Assembly: GCA_036172245.1 (NCBI GenBank)
Contig: JAYWIR010000004.1
Location: 3,534,001 to 3,598,000 of the forward strand
Length of the DNA stretch: 64,000 nucleotides
Origin: Raillietiella orientalis
Taxonomy: Eukaryota
Direction: 5' to 3'
The position numbers and the translations under genes are program-made. Under the pieces are notes generated by a model that was given only the letters and a program-made list of their open reading frames with translations, was not told the DNA's origin and did no database searches. Below are positions 38,484 to 50,999 of the stretch, piece after piece. Every line of letters starts with the position of its first letter. The first letter of the stretch is position 1.

Positions 38484-41279
38484 CTGCAATGAATTAATGA
38501 AATTAAAATATTACTAGCTATTAGCAAACTATTTGAAAAAAGTATTTCTACGAATGCTTTCCAAAACTGCACACTTACATTTAGGTTTTGAACTTGAAAG
38601 TTGGACTTTTTTCATAAGCACCAATGAATGTTCTAGCAAATGCATAACCACAACGAAATTCATTAATTCTTATGAGAAGTTGGGCTAGCCTTCTATACAC
38701 ATTACCATGCATTCATAAAATTTTGATTTACATGTTGATGCTACCTACAATAAATACATAAATTAACAAATTGTTGTTGAAAAATTGCTTTTAACAGAAT
38801 CAAACAAACATCCTTAACTCCCATTTAAGAGAAATATTAAATGACAGAAATGTAAACAATTTTTGGACTTCAATAATTAGTTGCAAATTATATTGCAAAT
38901 AATGGTTTGATCAACACCTGTTATTCTTGTCCCAATCTGTGCTAAAAAAACTACATATACATTTCTGTTGTCAGTAAAGCGACAACAGAAAATAATGACA
39001 CATGTTATTATAAATAATTTTTTATGATTAGGAATTTGTCTCTAAAAATATAAAAAAAACTGCAACTACTCCAATGAAATGAAATTCCTACTTCATAATA
39101 TGTCTGCTGATTTTTTTTCAGTACATTTACTTATTTATGACATTGTGATTTGCTTTAATGGATATTCCCATAAAGTAAATTCTGATGTATCTTAATGCTT
39201 GTTCAAACATAAACTATTTTCTTGCTAGATATATTTCAATAATGGAAACTACATATTTCTTTCAAAATATGGTGCTTATACAATTCCAAACAAAACATAA
39301 GAGACAAAAACATGAATAAGATATAACTTAATCATCAGAATTCTGAAACTTCAACTGAAATAAAGTGATAAAATTAAAATCAAATAATTAACTGAATATA
39401 TAACTGAGATCAAATAAATGTAATCTTAGATTAGTTCTATCAAAGATGCAAAAGAAACATTATGAACGGTGATCTCATTATCCAAATTTTGCGTACACGT
39501 TTTCTTTGATAGATAGTACACGTTTTCTTTGATATGCAAGAGCTTTAGATGCTATAGATGATAATCAAACATGCAATAAATGCTTGCATTTTGACATTCT
39601 GAAGAACAAGATGATGATGAGAAATTGAAAAAAAACTGCACAACGAAAACTAAGATGGATGGCTCATTGTTATTATTTTAAGTAGAAAAAAATTAAAAAT
39701 CCAAAAAATAAAAACTTAGGAAATGGAAGTCAGGGTCCATAAGGCACAATGTCTGCAGCATTTTTTACACATCACGTGTATTTACAGCAACAACGAAATA
39801 ACTACACAACTATCATATTCAACCTGAGTTGAAAGGTTTTGAAATGGATAATAATGCATTTTGCACTGATCCATTACATTCAATGCATCTGAAATGGATT
39901 ATTTGATGAAACTCAATTCAATACCTAGTTATACCATCAAAGTTCTTGATGATTAATCAATTTCTCAGTTAGAACCGTTTCCACTAAAACTGCAATTTCT
40001 GATAGAAAAAAACGTAATTACAAACTTTCATATTTTAACCACACAGGAAAAAGGCTATGGTATCATTTCATGGCGCAGATATGATTTTCGATATTCTATA
40101 ATGTTCTATTAATCATTATGTTATTAGAGCTTACTCTTCTTACACTATTTACTTACAACATTATATCACATAAATTTGTTTGTTTCAAATGAAACGTCTT
40201 TCATTCTATACATTTTATAGAAATGAGAGATTATATCCTGAAATTGCTTTCTATAACTGATGACTTGGTAATAATATAATTTACGTTCATGTGCAACTTA
40301 TCAAAATTGGAAAAGCCAAATTTCTTTACGATGACACTAAACGTATGAGAACATGCCCACTGCGTCCTAATATATTACAACTGTAAACACAAATATATGG
40401 GAGATATTTTTGAAAAGTTCCTACTTGACTGAAGGACTGTTAATTGCATGGTATTCTTAAATTTCCCAAGTAATAGGAAGCAAATCAAAGTTTGTTGAAT
40501 ACTGTATCTGCCTTCGTGAAAAAAAAAAAAAAAAAGCTCTTAAACTTAAGCTACATCACCCACAACTTGAAAATCAAACTTCGAAATTCACCTAGCTTCT
40601 GATTTTTTGCGACCATATTACTTGCTAATATTATCCACCACAATAATTTGAATGCATGCTGCCACAATTTGTAGACATTAGGATTACACGAAACACTAAG
40701 GTGTCTTAATGCACATAGATGATGACTTTTGCGACAGTATTTACGTACAAGCGTATACATTCAAACAAACATATGTATATATTGTGTTTTCCGTCTTCAA
40801 GTCTTATCAACAGGCATTGGTCAACACACGAGCCCGACCTTGCAGTTTTACAATACCTTCATACGGAATAGGAAGAAAGTTAAATACAGATAGGCAACTG
40901 AACACTTCCACTTGCATTATTTAAGTATGATAAGCCCATTTTGATCATTTTTCTACTACAGCTCTTTCTACTACTGTTTTTCTGGTCGATTTTTATCTGA
41001 AGTTACTTTCTCTACTCTTGCAAAACCCAATTAGATGTTGAAATTACTACTGCTGTGAATAGAGGCAACTGAGTATATTTTTTCTCAAAATTATTTATTT
41101 ACGACTAAATGCTGCAACTTTTTCCTGTTTTGAAGGGAAGACTCGTAAGTCTTGTGGAACTATACATTACTTATTCAATGAAACATGCAATTTCTCAAAC
41201 TAGGAATTTCTTCTGGCAGAATTCTTTCAGTGTCCGAACATACGTTGAAAGCAAATAATGTCCTATAATCCAAAATGCA

Positions 41280-44200
41280 AACTTTTGCGCTTTATTACTT
41301 TCAAATTTACAGGTTTCCTTTTTTGGCGGGAGCTCACCTACACGTCTGCGATAAGTCGACTCCAACTTTGACGAAGCACGGTGTCTATAACGTTGCTAGT
41401 AAGGGCGCCGGGTAAATGCTTTCCAGCTGTACCAGCTGTTCCAGGTTCAAAAAACCAATGTTTGACGAGCTGGTGCATCTCTCAGAACACCCTTCGATGG
41501 TCTGGTGATTAAGGCTGTCGGATGTCCTCATCCGTTGGGGATGAGGGTGCAGCAGATGTAGCACTGGGGCTCTTCGAAGGGGACGGGATGTAGGTTTTGC
41601 AACTCCAACGGGGGCGCCTTCTTGTTCAGGAGGCCATGGAAGGCACAGGAGACGACACGGGCTGGAGTTGTTTTCGCTTTTCCAGGACGTGGGATTAGTA
41701 GGGGGGGGGGGGCTTGATGTTGTCAAGAGGAGTGTCACTTGCTGCGTCCTCGTACCAGCTAAGATTGTTATCCTCAGTCGGTTCGTTGGAGAGCAATTTA
41801 TCATGGCGTGTGACGTTGTCAGCCGTGCCGGGAGGCCATGAGGGCACGGAGAGGTGATGTGTTTTTGTAGCTGGCACAAGGGGAACACTGGTCATGGGGT
41901 CTTGGACGGATCTTCTTGGGCAAGTAGGGTCGTTTTTTACCACAGGGGGGAGCAGGCATAGGGCTTCGGTGGTAGGCTGATGTGCGATGTGTCTTGTGTA
42001 GATGTCCCCGAATGTACGAGTCACAGCTGTGATCATTCTGGCTCTGAGGGGTTTTGCGTGTAGCTCAGGAATGTCTAGTCTAGCCAGGACTTCATCGTTC
42101 TTTATATCCCAAGCTCCCAGCGTACCGATGATGAGGGCATCTACGTAGACCGTTCTGCCGGAGCTGCGAAAGTATCGAGCAATCTGGAAGTACTTTCTCA
42201 CTTTCTTCCCGGGCAATTCGGAAGGAGTTCAAGTCAGCGGTTCTCAAAGGGGATGGCGGCATCAATCATGGCTGCCGAGAATCATCATAGACAACGAGAT
42301 CGGGTCGGCGGGAGGAGTTTGCATCGTCTCCACTTGTTGATCAATGTGCAGTCTAGACCAGTAAGAGAGCGAGGCTTCAGCCAACTCCCTCAAAACTAAG
42401 TTGTGTCTGGATGTAATGGCAGTACCAAAGTGATATTAGCAGTGGGCCAGCACGTGACAAAGGGATTCCTTTGGCCAGGTGCATCTCCTGGATTTTTCGA
42501 AGATTCCGGAACACTTCATGTTCCCGTTCAACGGCAGCAGGTTCAATCGTGCATAATGGATAAATCTCCAATCTGCAAAGCGGAGAAGCTCAAACCTTTG
42601 TAGGAAACTGTTGTAGGCTGGATGCAACGAGACACATTCCATGATCCGACCCTGATCCGGTTTGTTGATCAGGGAGTATGTTTTTTTCATTCGTTGCATC
42701 GATCGAATTGTCCTGGCGACTTGGAGTCATTGGCAGGAGGTGATCCGTTTACCTGGGATTGAGAGGCTCATGGAATCCTGAATGGACCAAGTCAGCAGGA
42801 GTCTCTTGAAGGCTTGTCGCACTACAGACCAGAAACTCCTTGGGTCGCCGGAGGATGCATGAAATAGAGGTTCACAGTCTCCGTTTAGGTATCGGGCAAG
42901 AGTGGTGTTTGTCGGAGAAGAATGGGATTTAGGTCCCATCACTTCACTAAGGGAGCTGCGCGCGAGTTCGCTCACTACAAGGTCAGAGGAGGAAAAAAAA
43001 CTGAACGCTGGTGGAGCTCTCTTCTTGAAGGAGGGAATGGCCCATGCCTTTAAGGAAGGCGGCTGTATAGAGGTACTCCGAGGAAGCGGCTTAAGGGGGG
43101 AGGAGCACTTGGGATTTTAGCGTTCTTTTAATGACTTTGTCCAGCTGCTACCAGAAGCTAAGCTGCTTTAAGCGTAGCCGGAGAAAATGAGTGAGTGAGG
43201 GAAAGAAGACTTTAAGGACCTTCAATTTCTGGCAGGGGGCCAGGACAGAGTCAAGTATCCGCTCTAAATTCCGAAGAATTTCCTCTTTCCCAGCATCCGA
43301 CCTCAAGGTATCAAAAATTATCGGTTTGCCTAGATATTCGCATACTTGGTTGTCTCGAAGTGCTGGGATGGCCGTTCCCTCAATGAAAAAAGGCGTAGAC
43401 CATATGCAGGTGGGGGAACGGTGGGAAATGTGGAGGGAGCCGCACTTATTGGGATTAATTGAAAGGCCGCATCTGGACGGCGTTGTCATGCAGTCAATCG
43501 CAGCCTGCAGGTGACCTGGGGACAGGGCAAGGAGGACTACGTCGTCAGTATAGGCCAGGTAAAGGTGTCTGGGCACAAACTGTTCAGCTTATGCAGTATT
43601 GGTTCCCGAGCAAGGTTGAATAGGAGGGCATCCTTGTCGGACACCTGCAGCTATCAGGACCGGGCTCGATGTGCCATGCTTCGTCCGAAAGCATGTGGAC
43701 CAGCCAGCGTAGGGATCATTAATTATTCCACAAAAGTCATCTGTTCCGAAGTGTTTTAGAGTTTGTAGGAGTTTTCATGTGGAATAGAGGAGGATGCATC
43801 CTTAAAATCAATCCAAGCGATGCAGACGTTGTGCTTGAGTCTTCTGCCGTGTTCTATCTGGTTCGCGAGGACAAAGTTATTTTCAGGCACTTCGTCGAAG
43901 GGGAGGAACCCTTTTTTCTGGGAGTAAATGATGTTAAGAAGGATCCAGTTCCTTAAGCGCCTCACCAGACATTTGGCGAACAGCTTGCCTATCGTTTTAC
44001 CGATCGCGATCGGTCGGAACTCTGTTACTTCATTCTCATCGGCGAGGTTATGTTTTGGGATGAGAACTCCATAGCTGTCCTTTCAGTCAGTAGGAAACAG
44101 GAAGTTACAGGCAGGTGTTCAAGAATTTCGCTCGAAGAACATATTGAGGATCCTTCCGGAGCAGTTGGTTATAAGTTATTCCGTCGGACCCAGGAGAGGT

Positions 44201-47200
44201 GTATTCACACGCGGTTAGGGATTCGAGCGTCTCCAATGGAGAGAGGGGGTAGAGGTCTATGGAGTCGTGGAGGGGGGAAGGGGGGAGGCAGTTCTTCGCA
44301 GCAATCCATTAGGAAGCCAGCATCGAACTCACGTGGTGCGTGGGGGAGGGAGAAGTGATGAGCTGTGGCATCCAAGTACACACCTCATTGCTTATCGCGA
44401 GCACCAATCACTTCCCTCATCACCCTTCTGTGATTTATGCGAAGCATATGTTGTAGTCTGAGGTGATTGCTTGCTGGAGGGACCCTATTAGCTGGTGGAC
44501 CTATTGAGTTGTCTTGGTCGAATACGTTCTTGTTGCTTACTGCGGAATTCATGTAAGAGCAGCAGTTTGTTCCTACGAGTCGATTCCTGGGGGAGTGTAT
44601 TCAAGCCTGCTTAGCGGCCTCAAGACATCGTCGTGTGGGAAGGCCTCACGGAAATGCACGAGAGGGAATCCGTAGGCGAGCTGATGGGACCTTGAGTGGG
44701 CTATATTCCTGTTGTATGGTTGACTAAGGAGCGGGAGGCTTGGAGTGAGCCCTCGTCCTGTCTGATGGATTCTTCCGGTAGCCAGTGGGTGAAGTGGTGG
44801 TGCAGGGAAGCAGCGTGTCGATTGGAGGAGTGTCTTCATTCATTGATAAGGTCTGGAACCTATTGGAACGTGTTAATGCTATTGTCGTGACGCCTAATCC
44901 CAGCTAAGCCACGAGCCATTTATTATGACGGCTAGTCCCGAGGATGTTAACGCTAGTGTTCACCACTTTGTACGGACAAGCTGCCAACCATCCTCATTTT
45001 GGCGCTCAGCGGGAGGCACATTCAGCGTGACGGCATAGGTCTGCTGTAAGCGACTAATTATTCTTTGCTGCCATCGCAAGTGGTTCTGTAGTCTGTAGTC
45101 CCTCTTTACTGGAGAACGCAATCTTGCAGTGGTTCATGGACAGCGGAGCCACAAGGAGTTTGGATGGAGGGGTATCGACGTACGAGTTTGCGTATACATT
45201 TATGTAGGTAGGTGGGCTGCGGCATTGGCAGTCCACACGCACAACAGATGAGAAGTGCGGAGAAGCTAAAACGCTCCCGCACCTGCTTTTCGACTGCGGT
45301 GTCCTCCACGGACTGTAGCGGAAGCTGGCCTCAGCTCTCCTGTACCAGGGGAACACCACAAGAAACTTGATGCGCCGCTCCTTCACGCAAGGCGGCCTGT
45401 CGTTAGGTGCTGTTATCGCAACGGTGTGTTGCACCCGCGCCATCGACAAGGGCCACCGAGAGCTGGAGACGCAGGCGATTCGTCGACAGGCCACCGGAAT
45501 AGCCGACGAGAACATGACGTCGGCTGCCGTGTGGGTCCATCTTCCGAAGACGTGAGGAACAAGATCTCCGGCATCAAACGCCAGTTCTGAAAGAAAGGAA
45601 CGACCGACACCAAAGACCCCTGTCCCCTATCCCCCCATATTTTTATTTATATTTTTTATACGTGTATTTGTGGTCCCCTCCCTCCCGTTCCGGACTTTCG
45701 GTTTACCGACCTGAGTGTCGGGGAGCCCTCGCTTCGTTTTTCTGTGTCCTTTGTCCGGAAACTCTGTTCCCGGATAGTTTAGAAATAAATGCCCCAGCGC
45801 AACCGGGTGAGAAACAGATGAGAAGTGCCTCCTTATGTGTGTCTATTGTGCACGCAATAAGTGTCGCTTTAGTGTATGCGAGGATCGGCTGGAGTATGCG
45901 GAATGAGCCTCCCATTTGCAATCACACAAGGTGCACTTCATGTGTCTGTGCATAGGGAAGAGAACCTGGGGTTCATCGGTTCTGTTACGCCAGACGTCAG
46001 GGAATCCTTGGGTGTCAGCCAGAGAAGGAGTGGTACAAGGCAATTGATCGCTATCAACTTCACCAGAAAGGCTGCTACAGGAAGGCGAGGACTGAACTGT
46101 CTCCACGACCCTATCGCTCGCTATTTGTATGTCTCAGCGTTGTCCGTTAGGCGAGCCTTGACGACGACGCCCGACTTCCTGAATGTACACCATGGAGATT
46201 GGCAGGGGTGTGGTACATGATCTCTTCGAGAAACCTCGGGGAGCAATCCTGCTTCCAAAGGAGGATCCCGGCTCCTATCCTGGGTGAGCACTCATCTGAC
46301 AGAGAGCAAGGTGACTTAACCGGGGACAAAGCTTGGGGACTTGTTCCCTTGAGTGAGGGAGCAGCGCTGGAACATATGTTTAGAATGCGTTCCACAAGGT
46401 CCTCGGTAAGCGGCCGTAGAGTTTCGTGAAGGGCATATTCGTTGGCCGCCCCAGCCAACTCCTCCGCATCGGTTTGGGAGGGGGAGGTGATTGTATGGAC
46501 AGACGTCTCAGAGAGGGATGGTGGGGGGGGCGTCGGAATGTTCACTTGACTTCGATGAGGCTGGAGAAAGCGTTGGGGTGCGCGAAGGAGTGGAGCTTGC
46601 GGCTTCTACTGTTGTATCAGTATCTTCATCGGTATAGTCTAGGCATCGGACTTTTTTGTTCTTGTGTGTAACTCAGAGTGCCGTTTCAACAGGTCCCTCC
46701 TGAGGAAAGAGTCCGAGCACAGGGGGCAACTAAATTTAAGACGGTTGGTGAGGGAAGGGATCGTGTCAGCGAGAGCACAAGAGAGTGCTTTTCATTACAG
46801 AGAGACGGAAGGGGAGACCGGCATTTGTTACAAAAAGGCAGTGTAGCCGGAACCACTACTCCATGTGTGCTCGCCAAGTGCTTCCTGATGTTTTTTGCGC
46901 GTTTGCAGCTACTGAGAAGCCAGGGCAGCCAGAGATGAGGCAAGGAAGTGGTTTAGAGCATCAACATCGTGCCACAATCGCAAGTCACTGTCGAGGAAGC
47001 AAGGGATATAGGCGTTGGACTTGGAATCCGACATTACGCCGTCTGTATCAACAATTGCAGAAGATACATTTAATGTTTGTGCCCACCTAGTTAGCCACAG
47101 CAAGGATGTATTCGGCGCCAGCTGCTGAGATGGCCACACCAAGAATCGCAGGCAGAAGGTACTTTCAGGCAGTACTTGTTGGAGACAAGTACCGAGGAGC

Positions 47201-47870
47201 CACTTGTAATACTTTCTACTTCAGTGGGGTACTACCAGCCACTGCGACAGCGATTTCAATCCCGAAACAGAACGAACCTATGGCAATCACCTTTCCGATC
47301 CACTCACCGTAAACAACTACAGTACTGCTAATCACCTTTTGTGGCGCAGTCCTGGGGTCTTGCCTCCTGCAGAAATTCCCTCGGCTGAGCCAGGAGCACA
47401 GTTAGACGTGGGGGTGCTTTTACAAGGAAATCTCTGGGACCGATGGGAAGGTAAAAGCTAACTAAAGCTCCTTTTACCGTCAACGCAAAAGTTGTGAAAT
47501 AAATTCAGGCAGCGGACGCCGCATCTATACGAGCGTTAATCGAGAACTAAGTTTTTTTGGGTGGAATAATAGCTTTAACCGAACTCTGGTGACAAATCAT
47601 TTGAACAGGGACAAATAAGATCTAGAAACTTTGCAAAAGCACCCTACTGACGCTCCAGGTGAACGCGCTTCGGAATTCTGTACACAAGGGCAATGTACGA
47701 GAAACCATGACACGATAGAACACCACCTTGATCTAGGGATGGACTAGCAATCGTACAAGCAACCGGAGGAAGACCAACTACCTTTTCCAGCACGACGCAG
47801 GGGAATGGCGATCGTCGACTTCAAGCACCACATCCTCGGGCTGGAGATGTGCACGACCACCTTGACCCTT
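41280..47870 (-). mobile_element. Decayed non-LTR retrotransposon with restriction-like endonuclease (NeSL/Utopia-like, R2 group)
   Basis: N-terminal C2H2-like fingers (PCLISGC..RKHLASTH ~46940-46860; KCTLCDC..LKRHL ~45945-45850). RT motifs FRPIAI (~44020), QKKGF..WIDFKDA..SIPH (43965-43770), GVRQGCP/LFNL (~43640), LAYTDD (~43550), CGLSINPNKC, EYLG. CCHC RRC..KESLCHVLAHC (~42490-42440). RLE RRPDLV, IDAAIPFENR, KKVRKY, IIGTLGAWD (42310-42105). AATAAA at ~41296. Many stops and frameshifts; ends approximate. Confidence 0.88.
44890..45660 (+). mobile_element. 5'-truncated LINE 3' fragment (L1/Tx1-like C-terminal zinc knuckle) nested antisense in the RLE retrotransposon
   Basis: Plus-strand frame EFAYTFM*..DEKCGEAKTLPHLLFDCGVLHGL*RKLA (~45184-45330) resembles the C..CG..ET..HLLF.C.....W knuckle of L1/Tx1 ORF2. 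It is followed by a stop at 45555 and a T/A-rich tail at 45638-45660. cgtg lies on both sides (possible short target duplication). Confidence 0.5.
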
Positions 47871-50800
47871 TTTCAGTTTTCAGCTTTGCTAAGTAATCAT
47901 TTGGAACTTTATGAAGGAATTTGCGAAGTGAAACGTGATGCGAGAATGAAAGTGTGTGGTCATTAGTATGGTAAAGGGTAAACTTTAATTCAGGTAGGCA
48001 ACTAGGTCAACACATTTCGACGAGAGAAAATAGTTTTTTTTTTTTTGTTTCTAAACTTAAAATCCAATCCTAAGTCACTAATCTGCATCCAAACTGGAAT
48101 AATTTCATTTCCAGTGACTGAAAATAAAAGACCATCACCAATTTTTGTGAAATCTGAGTTTTCAAGCTGCACTGCATGCTGTATTAATTTGTTCTGACAT
48201 GTGTCATAGTCCACAAATGAGTGGGGCTCAAGCTGCGACCCATGCCCTATTGTGAAAAATATAGAAGTGCGACTTCTATTAATACATTATTATTCGTTTT
48301 ATTTGAAATTTTGTTAATATGAGCGTATAATTTGAAACTTTGTCTATTTTACTTCATTTGATTAGGATTTCTCATTAATCCCTTCAGTGAAGACATAGTA
48401 AAAAAACAAAGATCTTGAAAAACGACTCCAATTTCTCTGAATCTTATTGTGTTGGGGTCGCAATCTTTGGCCTGAAACCAAAGACTGCTGTGATGGATAT
48501 TTGATTACGGCCACACAAACAGAATTCTGTTATTCTCCTGTACATCTGGATAATTATCCATGATATAAAGGAGGTTCTAATTCCCTTCTATTGCTGATGT
48601 ACTTTGAAATCCCAGTAAGGCAGTTTCTTTTTGGCATAAGAAATCAAAGTATTTACGTAGGTGAACTTACATTTTGCTATTAAAAGAGCTGCTGGAACAA
48701 ATAATTCCCAAACTCTTCATTTCTTGCTTTCAAATGGCTTTATGACTGATACAGTTTAGTTCAAGAATTCACGAGCTGAGCACGCCCTTTTGAATAATAA
48801 CTGTATGAAACGAACATAATAATTATTCCTTAGTTCAATAATCCCAATGTCGTAATGGTGGCAGAATGCTAAGGAATAGCATTCTTAAAACAAGAGAATG
48901 CTACTGAAGATTGGACTGTAGGTAGAAAAGGTGTTTTAAGTATTTTCAAGTAATGCTGCAATGAGTAAGCATTCATATGTGCCTTTACGAATAAGAAAGT
49001 TTTTCCTCCTTAACGTGAAATGGAACAAAGCACTGATACATCTGAATATGCCATGTCTGTATAAGCGATGCATATGAAGCTTAGGTACATTTTTGTGCGT
49101 TAGGTTGCCATAGTTTCAACGAACATCTACTCTTATTTGATTCTGGAGAAGAGTCTTTGGAATTGATAATTGCTAGATCTAAAGTAACTTAAGAAAGTAT
49201 GTAATGTAAAGAAAAGTTATGAATAAGCGTACAATCGAGCAAATTTGATTCTGAAAATATTAGGTATTTCATGTAATCGTGACCATGATACATAATAATA
49301 ATAATTAAAAACATGTTTTAGTAATTTTTGCAATTAAAGTAATGTCATTACAAAAAAAATAAATTTTAAGATAATTGCTTTGAGTTCCTTTGGAGGCAGC
49401 GGGTTAGTGAGCTTAAGAATATTTCCATGGTATTTCGTAAATTGTTATTAAAGTGGTCATTAATAAAAGTTATTAGTAGCACTGAATTTATGGAAACGTA
49501 AATTTCAAGAGTGACATTATGGAACAACTTTTAACGTAAACAAATTAAAAGTGCCAGCCTTGGCTTCCGAACGAATTCTACTGGTTCAGGAGACTTTGTA
49601 ATCATTCCAAGTATGAGAACCCAGTTCAGAAACTAAATGGAAGCCGCAGTTAGCTTTCAGACATTCTAATTGCTTCAATAGCGTAAGCAAGCAGAATTCA
49701 AGTGGCTCTGACCACTTGAATTCAAGTAAGGACATACTGAAGGAGAAACCGTGTGTTCGATCATATTGCATCCACGACCAGATTTAATGCTTCGATGTTT
49801 CCAAACTTTTCTTCGCCCGGAGAACTCTCTTGCGTGAAGGATTACATGTAAAAGTACTTGGCATCCAGAAAAAATGACGAAGATTGCTTAATTAGTTGGA
49901 AAAAATTCTCAAAGCTCAAGCGAAATGACGAAGGAACCAGATGAAGTTGTTTATTAGGAGAGGGAAGTGCCTACGCTTTTTTGCTCTCAAAACTGACTGG
50001 TGTAAATACTACAGAATTGATCAACATTTGTTCAGTCAGGAAATCTCTACAAAACGATAGCTTTTACACTTCTAGAGACAGGAATTGAATGTAACTATAA
50101 ATCAGACATGTTTTAAGCAATATCAAGCTGGTGGTGAAGTTTCTAAAATGCTGAAAGCACAATTCATTAGTTGATTTCGACAAGTTATCCAAAACGAAAA
50201 TCAGTCTTTGAACAAATTACGAATTAAACGCTCTGAAAAGAGATGACAGCTTCGTCAGTACTAACAAAACGATTTTCAAAAACAAGTCAAACACATTCTA
50301 TGGACATTTTCGAAAATAGGAAGTTGTGTGAAAAAAGAACTAAAAAAACCGCTCTGTAGGTTGGCAAGAATTTTTTTGTAAGTTAATTAAATAACCTGTT
50401 TCAATCACTCAATCAGTTTGAATCCACATCCATTTCTTCTTGATGGTTTCTTGGTACCAAAGAGGCGATGCTCCAGAAGCTATGCTTTCCACCTTTGGCT
50501 TACATGATCTCGTTCCCCTACTCTGAGATCGACTACGTAGGCTTTGTCCACTTTCCTGAAGCTTCTTTATGGGGCTAGGTAAACTCTCCAATATCAAAGT
50601 CGAATAATCAAACGTAAACTAACGCCAAGCTCCCATCGGTGAAAGGTTCATTTTGCGATGTTTATCTACACCCGGTCGCACCGGAGCGTTTACCGTAAAA
50701 TCTTATGTACAGAAAAATTCGTTTTCGAAGAAAAAGAAAAGGAAAACTCTAAAAAAAAGTCATTTACTCACGGAAAGTTTCACAAACTTCTTTAGGTTCC

Positions 50801-50999
50801 AGAAGGCGCTCCTGCTAAAATTCAGTCTGCTCATAGAGATCCGCCAGAGAAAAAGAGCTGCTGAAATTAGGAGGGGAGTGAAAAAACATTAAGAAAAAAA
50901 AATCTTTCAACTGAGTGTATGTGTGTATGTGAGGGGGGAGGGATCAAGAGAAAAGACCTTCTAGTCCTCTGCATCCTGTCAAGGATGCTGGATAATTTC

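Noticed and set aside
33000..40900. Short AT-rich ORFs of 60-156 aa in PLC-gamma introns and upstream DNA
   Set aside because: Ile/Phe/Lys/Asn-biased intronic noise, apart from those overlapping true PLC exons.
44888..44906. gcctaatcccagcta resembling the 7SL/Alu 5' motif
   Set aside because: Too short, and no further SRP RNA similarity.
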